From contig JBBRUE010000001.1 of assembly GCA_038248085.1 (NCBI GenBank), positions 1 through 36,398 of the forward strand: a DNA stretch of 36,398 nucleotides. Reading direction: 5' to 3'. The notes under the pieces are model-generated. The model did no database searches. It was not told the origin of the DNA and was given only the letters and a program-made list of their open reading frames with translations. Numbering within the stretch: the stretch's first letter is position 1; every line of letters begins with the position of its first letter. This DNA is from Myxococcales bacterium (lineage in GTDB: Bacteria; Myxococcota; Myxococcia; Myxococcales; Myxococcaceae). Made by a program: the position numbers and the translations under genes. This document shows positions 7,114 to 14,200 of this stretch, piece after piece.

Positions 7114-7928
7114 TGAAGCTCGTCCTCAACAAGAAGCAGAAGCTCGTCATCGACATGGAGGACGAGCAGGTGAAGGCCGACGGCCTTCGTGTCTTCATCG
7201 GGGGTGAATCCGGCTCTGGCAAGAGCAACGCGGCCATGCTCATCGCCTCGCAGTGGGTGGAGCAGAACGGTCAGGTCATCGTGCTCGACTCGCACGGCGA
7301 GTACGGCGCGCTCTGGGAGACGCGGCCCGGCGGCGCTCACCCGGTCGTCCGCTTCGGCTACGGCGAGCCGCCGGTGCGTGAGGAGTCGGTCGAGATGTGC
7401 ATGAGCTACATCCGCGACGGCCACAGCCTCGTGCTCGACCTCTCGCACTGGACCGACCTGCACCCGGAGACGCTCGACAAGTTCGTGCGTGACCTGCTCA
7501 AGGACCTGTACGAGCTGCGCCGCCACAAGCCCAAGCGCACGCTCATCCTCGTCGAGGAGGCGCAGGTCTACGCGCCGCAGCAGCAGATGTCGGGGCAGGC
7601 GGCAAACATCCGCATGTTCACCGCGCTCATCACCGGTGGCCGGAAGTTCGGCCTCAACTTCGTGCTGGGCACGCAGCGCCAGTCTCTCGTGGACAGCAAC
7701 GTCATCGCGGGCTGCAACGTGCGTCTCTTCATGCGCATCTCGGAGGCCAAGGACTGGAAGAAGCTCAAGCCGTACATTCCGCCTCGCTGCCCGGTGCAGT
7801 TCGGAGGCAACGTGAAGCGCGACATCGCGCGCTTCGCTTCGGGCGAAGTGCTGGCGCTCTCGCGCTGGTTCGGTACACAGCGAGTGCGGCTCGACCTCCC
7901 CGAAGTCCCCGTGAAGAAGTTCCTCTAG
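7113..7928 (+). CDS. HerA/FtsK (DUF87)-type P-loop ATPase; candidate genome-packaging ATPase (271 aa)
   Basis: FIGGESGSGKSNAAMLIASQW (Walker A), QVIVLDSHGEYGAL, RTLILVEEAQVYAP (Walker B) and GGRKFGLNFVLGTQRQSLVDSNVIAGCNVRLFMRI together form the HerA/DUF87 central-domain pattern. Too short for a terminase and has no nuclease domain. Confidence 0.85.
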   Translation: MKLVLNKKQKLVIDMEDEQVKADGLRVFIGGESGSGKSNAAMLIASQWVEQNGQVIVLDSHGEYGALWETRPGGAHPVVRFGYGEPPVREESVEMCMSYIRDGHSLVLDLSHWTDLHPETLDKFVRDLLKDLYELRRHKPKRTLILVEEAQVYAPQQQMSGQAANIRMFTALITGGRKFGLNFVLGTQRQSLVDSNVIAGCNVRLFMRISEAKDWKKLKPYIPPRCPVQFGGNVKRDIARFASGEVLALSRWFGTQRVRLDLPEVPVKKFL

Positions 7929-8053
7929 TGCGTGGTGACGCTACCTGCCCACGCTGCAGAGGCACTGGGCGCTGCGGTGGCCGTCTACCGTTCGCCTTCA
8001 AGCAGGTCCGCGCACCATCGTGGTGCTCAGCGGTTTCACCAGTCGTCCCGTGA
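7928..8053 (+). CDS. possible 41-aa zinc-finger miniprotein
   Basis: The GTG overlaps the ATPase TAG (TAGTG). VRGDATCPRCRGTGRCGGRLPFAFKQ... carries a DnaJ-type CxxCxGxG motif. Below the track threshold. Confidence 0.3.
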   Translation: MRGDATCPRCRGTGRCGGRLPFAFKQVRAPSWCSAVSPVVP

Positions 8054-8061
8054 GGTAGCCC

Positions 8062-8271
8062 ATGGCCCGTGCTCGCTCCACCGCAGCTTCCAAGACCGTC
8101 GACATCATCCGTCGCCTCACCATGTCGGACCAGCCGGGGGTCATCTACCGGGTGCTGGCCTGCGGTCACACGCAGGTCGAGCCCAGCGGGGGGAAGGCAC
8201 CCAAGCAGCTCCGGGCGCGCTGCGTCCGCTGTGGCTTCACCTCGAAGATTCCTGATGGTCATGAGTCATGA
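8062..8271 (+). CDS. small zinc-ribbon protein (69 aa)
   Basis: Track ORF with GAGG upstream. Cys/His pairs ACGH...CVRCG. High third-position GC. Confidence 0.65.
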   Translation: MARARSTAASKTVDIIRRLTMSDQPGVIYRVLACGHTQVEPSGGKAPKQLRARCVRCGFTSKIPDGHES

Positions 8272-8329
8272 GACGGCTGGCGGCGTGCACTGAGTCGCTG
8301 AGGTACCTCGCCTCTGGTACCTTGGGCAC

Positions 8330-11300
8330 ATGCCCTCACGAGTCAAGGAACCGCGCCGCAAGCTGACCATCACGGACATCAACGGCGACGAGTGGGAGGT
8401 TCACTTCACCCGCTCGAATGACGCCACGAGAGTGACGTTCGCGCGGCCCGGCCAAGGCCGTGCTGAAGCTGGAGACGCGCTGTTTTACAACGGGGCCGAG
8501 GTCTACGCGGCTCCGCCTCTCGCGTTCGTCGTGCACGACAACGTGAGCACCTTGACGAGCACCACATGGCGTTCCGTGCGCGCAGCGAGTCGCTCGGCGC
8601 TGGATGCGGAAGCGGAAGAGGTGAAGAAGACCGTGCTTCAGCGCAGCTACAACGCGTGGAATCAGGCCGGGACGCTGTCGTGGCACGACGACCCGTTGCC
8701 TGCGCTCTCGCAGGCAGTGGCGCGGGCACTGGCCGACAACATCAACGCCTTCACCGACCACTACGTCGGTGGTGGTGCCCGCGCGAACCGCTACGTCGCG
8801 CAGCAGACGAAGCTGGGGACTCGGCGCGTGAAGGTGGGCGAGCTGAAGCTCGCGATCAACCCGCTCTACGCGGCCCGGTACATCGACGACATGGCCCGCG
8901 TCGAGCGCGTGGACATCTACGTCTACCCGGACTCCGGCACCGACACCATCGAGCTGGCGCCGTCGGCCACCCGCGTCGGGGACCGCCTCGTCGTGCACGA
9001 CACGCGCGAGCCCTTCTTCGTCTCGGCCAACACCCTCACTGGCCGTTACGCGACCAACCAGTACGACTCCAAGGAAGTGCTGGGCAACGGCAACGAGCAG
9101 CTCGTGCTGGTGCGGCCGCTGGGCGTCACGCCGTTCGAGACGTACGAGACGGGCAACCTCAACACGAAGATCGTCGGGCTCTACGCGCAGACGACCGCCC
9201 TCACCGACCTGCTCCACCACATCTGGAGGGCGCAGCAGGCGGGCTGGCAGCTCGACGCGCAGGGCGTCGTTCCGCAGCGGGGCGCGGTGCCCAACTTCCC
9301 GTTCGAGATCGAGCTGCAGTTCGTTGACTGGTCGAACCCGAACCGCGTGGAAGGCTCCGCACCCGAGAACATCCTCCGGCGGCAGATGGCGCGCGTCGAG
9401 TCCGACGGGAAGGACAGGAAGGGCGTTCCCCGCGTGCGCATCACGGCGGTCCCTCGGCTCCTGAGCGAGTTCTCCTCCATCCAGCGTGGCAAGATCGTCG
9501 CGAACGTCTACACCGCGACGCTGCTGCAGTTGCAGCAGGGGGAGCTGGTCGATGAGCGTGACGGCTACCGCGTGGGCAAGATGCGCCGCATCGCGCCGAA
9601 CGACCGAGACAAGATTCTCGTCGCGCTCGACGCGCGGTTCGAGCGCGGGCTGAAGGGCATCGAGGGCATCGAGGGTGTGGATGACGTCACCTGCATGGAG
9701 TTGTGGCATGGCTCTCCTGCTTCCGGGATGGACCTCACGAAGAAGTCGAAGCTGTTCCTCACCTCGGACGAAAGCGTGGCGCGTCGCTATGCCACCGGAG
9801 ATGTGCTGGCGACTGGCCGTGTAGTGGCGACCGCCCCCACGTTGTACCGGGTGAAGGTCTGTCCGAAGTCCGTGTTCGACGCGCGGAGGCCGGAGCACTT
9901 GGCCCAGTTCCAAGCGGTGTTCAGCGCGGCCAAGAAGGCCGGAGACCGGTCGCTGGAGCATCTCTACAAGCCGGGGACCGATGGTACGCGCGGCTCAACC
10001 GGTCAGTTGGTCTTCAGCTACTCTCACGCGCTGGCCAAGCTGCTGGGCTCGAAGTACGACGCCTTCCTTCTCGACGAGTCGTCGCAGGGCTGGTCCCTCT
10101 TCGTCCCGAACCCGACGGCTGTCGGGTTGACGGTGCTTCGTGAAGTCCCCATGGCCGCGAACCTCGGTGACCTCGGCCGCATCGAGCGCACGAAGACCGG
10201 CACCATCATCCACATCGACAACGTGATGGTGCGCCGCCCCAACGGAACCGTGGAAGGGCTGGAGCGCTTCTCCGACGCCTGCCACACGGCCGGGTCGCGG
10301 CAGGTCTTCTCCATGATCCCGGTGTACATCACGCAGGCGGAGGAGCACCTCTCGCTGCTCGCCCAGACGGCTCCGCGCCAGTCGAGGAACTTCCTCGACG
10401 ACGATCTGCCCACGCAGAGCGACGAGGCGCAGTTCTGGCAGAGCGCCATCGACGGCCTCATGCGGGTGAAGAAGGAGCTGGAGACGGAGCTGGCCGCCGG
10501 GCACAAGGACATCGACCTCGACACGCCGGTCTGCTTCTCCGCTGACCGCATGGTGGAGCGGCACGAGGGGACGCACGCCTACCTCGCGCTGGAGTACCCG
10601 CCTCCTGCGTCGCAGGGGCCGGAGTTCGGGATGGAGATGCTCATCCGCAACACCACGATGTACAAGGCCATTGAGCGCTTCCTGCTCAACGCGGGACCGG
10701 CCAGCCGTGACTTCTGGCAAGCCTTCGGCAACGAGCTGCAGCCGCAGAGCAGCCGCCCCGAGGAAGTGCTCACGGCCATGGTCGCCATGGTGGACGCGGT
10801 GCGCTGGGAGCAGGACGACCCGGAGACGGCCAAGGCGCAGCAGAAGCGCATCGCGTGGGGCTTCGCCACGTACCTGAAGCCGAACATGGGCATCGTGGAC
10901 GAGCGCCAGTTGGAACTGTCGATGCTGGCCGCCGCGCAGGAGTTGGCCACGACGTACCCGGACGAAGCGTCGTTGCTCCACGAGGTCACGACCCTCGTGC
11001 AGCGGGTTCGCTACGATCGCGACTCGCAGCTCCCTTCCGGTGCGAACCCGGCGGCAGCTCCCAAGCGGTACGAGATGACGCAGGTGCGGAAGGCGGTGCC
11101 CAAGCACATGCTGGACGGGCTCGGCGCGACGCCGGGTCAGCTCATCAAGAAGGACATGAACGCGTGGGTCATCCGCTTCGCGACGTACGGTGAGAGCTAC
11201 CTGCGCCCGGAAATCCTCGGTGAGGTGGACCACAAGGGGAGCTTGCGGCAGCTCCGAATTTTCCGAGAGACGCACGACACCTTCCAGTTGGCGCTTCCGC

Positions 11301-11878
11301 AGACCTACGACAACGGGGAAAATTTCGCGGAGGTGGTGCTCTGGTCCGGTCCGACGGCCGAGGTGAAGGTGGCCATCTCGCACTGGCTGAAGCTCGACGA
11401 GTACAAGATGGCGTCGCTCAACCAGTGGCTGGTGCAGGCCGCCGACACCAGCTTCAACTTCGAGCGCGCTGGGCTCCTTGAGCAGTTGGAGCCGAAGTCT
11501 CGCGGCCTCAACATGCTCTTCTTCCGTGACCCGGAGTTCATGGTCAACGAGACCGGGTACGGCGACGAGATCCGCAAGCGCGCGAACAAGGGCGAGCCGA
11601 TGATGGTGCGCGCCGACTCGTACTCGAACGACGACAACCTGATGGACTCGCAGGAATGGTTGCTGCTTGGGAACAAGCTCTACCGCATGGACCACAAGCA
11701 GTGGCGCGCGTTCCACACCGCGTGGTGGTCCTTCCTCGACGCGCACCCGGACTTCGTGAAGCTCATCCTCGCGATGGACTGGAAGAATCCGCTGATGCTC
11801 GTCGCGCTCGACGAGATCATGAGCGGCCTCGCTCTCCCGCTGCCGGAGCATGCGCAGGACTTCAAGGGCCTGCGGTGA
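8330..11878 (+). CDS. giant multidomain protein (1182 aa); contains an HExxH motif; candidate virion or polyvalent protein
   Basis: Single clean ORF with good composition throughout. HEGTH at aa 745-749 (nt 10562-10576). Region aa ~455-560 (ELWHGSPASG...FLTSDESVARRYA...LYRVKV...AFLLDESSQG) is reminiscent of ART-like domains of phage polyvalent proteins. Antisense ORFs 8336..9961 and 9995..11851 are shadows. Confidence 0.9.
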   Translation: MPSRVKEPRRKLTITDINGDEWEVHFTRSNDATRVTFARPGQGRAEAGDALFYNGAEVYAAPPLAFVVHDNVSTLTSTTWRSVRAASRSALDAEAEEVKKTVLQRSYNAWNQAGTLSWHDDPLPALSQAVARALADNINAFTDHYVGGGARANRYVAQQTKLGTRRVKVGELKLAINPLYAARYIDDMARVERVDIYVYPDSGTDTIELAPSATRVGDRLVVHDTREPFFVSANTLTGRYATNQYDSKEVLGNGNEQLVLVRPLGVTPFETYETGNLNTKIVGLYAQTTALTDLLHHIWRAQQAGWQLDAQGVVPQRGAVPNFPFEIELQFVDWSNPNRVEGSAPENILRRQMARVESDGKDRKGVPRVRITAVPRLLSEFSSIQRGKIVANVYTATLLQLQQGELVDERDGYRVGKMRRIAPNDRDKILVALDARFERGLKGIEGIEGVDDVTCMELWHGSPASGMDLTKKSKLFLTSDESVARRYATGDVLATGRVVATAPTLYRVKVCPKSVFDARRPEHLAQFQAVFSAAKKAGDRSLEHLYKPGTDGTRGSTGQLVFSYSHALAKLLGSKYDAFLLDESSQGWSLFVPNPTAVGLTVLREVPMAANLGDLGRIERTKTGTIIHIDNVMVRRPNGTVEGLERFSDACHTAGSRQVFSMIPVYITQAEEHLSLLAQTAPRQSRNFLDDDLPTQSDEAQFWQSAIDGLMRVKKELETELAAGHKDIDLDTPVCFSADRMVERHEGTHAYLALEYPPPASQGPEFGMEMLIRNTTMYKAIERFLLNAGPASRDFWQAFGNELQPQSSRPEEVLTAMVAMVDAVRWEQDDPETAKAQQKRIAWGFATYLKPNMGIVDERQLELSMLAAAQELATTYPDEASLLHEVTTLVQRVRYDRDSQLPSGANPAAAPKRYEMTQVRKAVPKHMLDGLGATPGQLIKKDMNAWVIRFATYGESYLRPEILGEVDHKGSLRQLRIFRETHDTFQLALPQTYDNGENFAEVVLWSGPTAEVKVAISHWLKLDEYKMASLNQWLVQAADTSFNFERAGLLEQLEPKSRGLNMLFFRDPEFMVNETGYGDEIRKRANKGEPMMVRADSYSNDDNLMDSQEWLLLGNKLYRMDHKQWRAFHTAWWSFLDAHPDFVKLILAMDWKNPLMLVALDEIMSGLALPLPEHAQDFKGLR

Positions 11879-12228
11879 GCCGCCTCATCGAGCGGCTGGT
11901 GCTGGCGCTGGTCTTCTTCCTCGCCCCGACGGTCTTCCACGTCGTCGCGCTCTTCCGGCCCTCCGTGAGCATCCCGGAGTCGCCGGTCGAGCACGGCGTG
12001 TTCGCCGTGGTGAACGTGACCTTCGCCACGCTGCTGCTCATCCCGCGCATCTCACGCTGGACGCTCGTGCTGGCGCTGAGCGTGTTGCTCTTCCAGCAGA
12101 CCATGCGACACGGCCCGCTCATCGTCGAAGCGCTGGCGCAGCACCGTCTCGACCTGCAGAGCCTCAGCGCGGTGCTGGGGCTCGTGGTGGTGATGGTGGT
12201 GCTTGCCTCAGAGCGGGACGACGCGTAG
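11875..12228 (+). CDS. polytopic membrane protein (117 aa, ~4 TM)
   Basis: The GTG overlaps the stop of the giant gene (GTGA). Hydrophobic segments: LVLALVFFLAPTVFHVVALF, VFAVVNVTFATLLLI, WTLVLALSVLLF, AVLGLVVVMVVLA. Confidence 0.75.
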   Translation: MSRLIERLVLALVFFLAPTVFHVVALFRPSVSIPESPVEHGVFAVVNVTFATLLLIPRISRWTLVLALSVLLFQQTMRHGPLIVEALAQHRLDLQSLSAVLGLVVVMVVLASERDDA

Positions 12229-12237
12229 ACCGCGCGG

Positions 12238-12534
12238 ATGCTTCGCTTCGCTCTCTGCCCCGGCTGCAAGCTCTCGATGACCTTGCCGGACGAGTACGAG
12301 TCGATGGCGCCTTGGATGGCCGCGCACAAGAAGGTCTGTCCCGGTGAAGGGTCCATCCGGGTCGTCGCGCGCATGCGCAAGCCGAAGCTGCCGAAGGCCG
12401 GGGCGCCCGGTGAGCTGCCCAAGATGACGCCTGACGTGGACGCCGCGAAGTTCGTTTCCGAAGCCGGGGAGCGCGCTGCGCGGGACCTGCTCAACGGCGC
12501 CATCAACCTCTTCTTCAAGGGCAAGCTGAAGTGA
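12238..12534 (+). CDS. hypothetical protein with Cys pairs (98 aa)
   Basis: Track ORF containing CPGC...VCPGEG. Confidence 0.7.
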   Translation: MLRFALCPGCKLSMTLPDEYESMAPWMAAHKKVCPGEGSIRVVARMRKPKLPKAGAPGELPKMTPDVDAAKFVSEAGERAARDLLNGAINLFFKGKLK

Positions 12535-12740
12535 CCCCGGAGGATCGCGCGCTGCGGGTGAAGTACGGCAAGTGGCCCACCATGCAGTCGAACGTCAACA
12601 GCCGCTGGCGCCTCAAGCTGGCCATCGACCACCGCAACGAAGGACTACGGCTTGGGCCAGAGCTTCCCAGCCGCGAAGGCCGCGCCAGCCAACGTGACGG
12701 CGACGCCACTCGCAGTGGTCCACCACCACGGCGGCGGTGA
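12531..12740 (+). CDS. hypothetical small protein (69 aa); 3' end overlaps a convergent gene
   Basis: GTG start with GTGA overlap. Good codon bias only up to ~12640. The last ~96 nt overlap minus-strand gene 12645..13064, which carries the better codon bias there. Confidence 0.45.
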   Translation: MTPEDRALRVKYGKWPTMQSNVNSRWRLKLAIDHRNEGLRLGPELPSREGRASQRDGDATRSGPPPRRR

Positions 12741-13064
12741 GGTCTGGAGCTTCTCCTTCCGCAGCAGCCGGTCGCCTTCGCACGTCGCCATGATGCAGGC
12801 GATGCGCGCTGACCGCTGTGGAGGGAGCAGGTGCCACCCACCATCGAGCACCTGCACCGGAGGAGCGTCCGGGCAGGTGCCGTAGATGGGGTCTGCGAAC
12901 GGCGCCAGCGGTGTTGCCTCCAGCGCCAGCGGCGTGATGGTGACGGGGAAGTCACCGAGCCCTGCGTCGAGCCCGCCGTCTGGCACCCCGCCGTCCTGCG
13001 CCATCACGCGCAAGCTGAAGAAGAGCGCGAGGACCCACGCGTGATGGAGCGAAGCAAGGCTCAC
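12645..13064 (-). CDS. secreted / tail-anchored Cys-containing protein (139 aa)
   Basis: Signal-peptide-like N-terminus MSLASLHHAWVLALFFSLRVMAQDGG. C-terminal hydrophobic TTASGVAVTLAGAAFAAGKLW. ATGA overlap with the upstream gene. Confidence 0.7.
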   Translation of the reverse strand: MSLASLHHAWVLALFFSLRVMAQDGGVPDGGLDAGLGDFPVTITPLALEATPLAPFADPIYGTCPDAPPVQVLDGGWHLLPPQRSARIACIMATCEGDRLLRKEKLQTSPPPWWWTTASGVAVTLAGAAFAAGKLWPKP

Positions 13065-13564
13065 TTGTTCAGGATGTCCGTGGGAGCGGCAGCCGCAGCG
13101 GCCCCGGCGGCCTGAGCCTTCTTCTCATCGATGGCTTCCATGATGTTCTTGAACATCGACCAGCCGCCAGAGGCGCCGAGAGCAACGGAGATGCCCTTGA
13201 TGATCAACTCGGGGGAGACCTTGCCGCCTTCAGCGAAGAGCGCGAGGAACGCGGTCCCGAGGGAGAGGGTGAAGGTGGTCACGACACCGCCGATTTTGCC
13301 ACGCAGCCAGACGCCGACGGTGGACTTCTCCGGGATGAACTTCCGCAGGGCCCAGACGACGACCATGATGGCCAGCGACACGACGATGCCCCACTGCTTG
13401 TTCATCACGGCGTCGAACAGCATCTTCGCGATGGCGCCCGGGTCGTTGGGGTCGAGCGGAGCGAGCGGGAGCATCGGCTGCGTGGCCACCTGCGCGAGCG
13501 CGACGAAGGAGGTGGTCAGGAAGACGAAGAGGAGGACCGGAAACCGGCGAAGGGTCTTGAGCAT
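13061..13564 (-). CDS. membrane protein with signal peptide (167 aa)
   Basis: Track ORF 13061..13603 trimmed to the ATG at 13564 (MLKTLRRFPVLLFVFLTTSFVALAQV). Has 3 further hydrophobic segments and an Ala-rich C-terminus. Confidence 0.75.
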   Translation of the reverse strand: MLKTLRRFPVLLFVFLTTSFVALAQVATQPMLPLAPLDPNDPGAIAKMLFDAVMNKQWGIVVSLAIMVVVWALRKFIPEKSTVGVWLRGKIGGVVTTFTLSLGTAFLALFAEGGKVSPELIIKGISVALGASGGWSMFKNIMEAIDEKKAQAAGAAAAAAPTDILNK

Positions 13565-13656
13565 GAGGGGAAAATAGGAGGTGCTCGCTGCGCTGTCACC
13601 CAACGTGCACGGCGCCCTTTGCGTTCAAAGACTCCTGCGTTACGGTGCGCGGCACC

Positions 13657-14196
13657 ATGGGCATCTTCGACGGATGGAAAGAGCGGAAGCGGGTGAAGGA
13701 AGCGGCGAAGCAGATTTGGGAGCTGCTTAAGCGCGGCTACAACTTCGAGGTGCCGCTCATTCTCGACAGGAACGACCTCACCGTGCAGGCCGTCACCGAG
13801 GTGCAGCGCCGTCATCCGCAGGTCCAGCTCCGCATGTACCAGAGCCGGGGCATGGTGCTTGGGCTCTTCCGTGGCGAAGGCATGCGCGGCAACGTCGGCA
13901 TCGCGGAGGCCACGGTGAACCAGCTCGCCAACAGCGGGCACATCGACTCCGGGTACGAGACGATGAAGCCCGAGGATCTCCTCGCCTCGCATGAGCGCTT
14001 CCTCAAGAGCCAGCGCCTCGACCCGAAGGAAGAAGAGGCCACGGCGCAGGCTGAGCGCGCCGCCCGCGAGGCCATCACGGTCGGTGGCGTCGGCGCGCAG
14101 GTCCCGACGGCCGTCGTGGCCGCCCCGGTGGAGTCCGTCGCGTACGGTTCGGGCCTCGTGGAGACGACCGCCGATGGCGCCGCAAGCGCGAAGTAA
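13657..14196 (+). CDS. hypothetical protein (179 aa)
   Basis: ATG at 13657 within track ORF 13645..14196. MGIFDGWKERKRVKEAAKQIWELLKRGYNFEV... Confidence 0.75.
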   Translation: MGIFDGWKERKRVKEAAKQIWELLKRGYNFEVPLILDRNDLTVQAVTEVQRRHPQVQLRMYQSRGMVLGLFRGEGMRGNVGIAEATVNQLANSGHIDSGYETMKPEDLLASHERFLKSQRLDPKEEEATAQAERAAREAITVGGVGAQVPTAVVAAPVESVAYGSGLVETTADGAASAK

Positions 14197-14200
14197 GGGC

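Noticed and set aside
7113-7928. Terminase large subunit.
   Set aside because: Only 271 aa, with no C-terminal RNaseH-like nuclease domain. The motif set (GSGKS, LDSHGEY, EEAQ, GTQRQS) is HerA/FtsK(DUF87)-like rather than terminase-like.
8300-8322. GAGGTACCTC palindrome and a second GGTACC 14 bp later, just upstream of the giant gene.
   Set aside because: Short. GGTACC also occurs elsewhere (for example near 23788 and 32737). The sequence overlaps the likely ribosome-binding region. Evidence is insufficient for a regulatory site.
8336-11851. Very long antisense ORFs (8336..9961, 9995..11851). Similar cases elsewhere: 790..1839, 3554..4882, 13516..15147, 14582..16669, 16527..17534, 20086..21501, 26341..28125, 29321..30301, 31530..32567.
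   Set aside because: Their translations are dominated by Arg/Ala/Gly/Pro/His/Leu. They lie antisense or out of frame to ORFs with normal composition and recognisable motifs. These are typical shadow ORFs of high-GC DNA.
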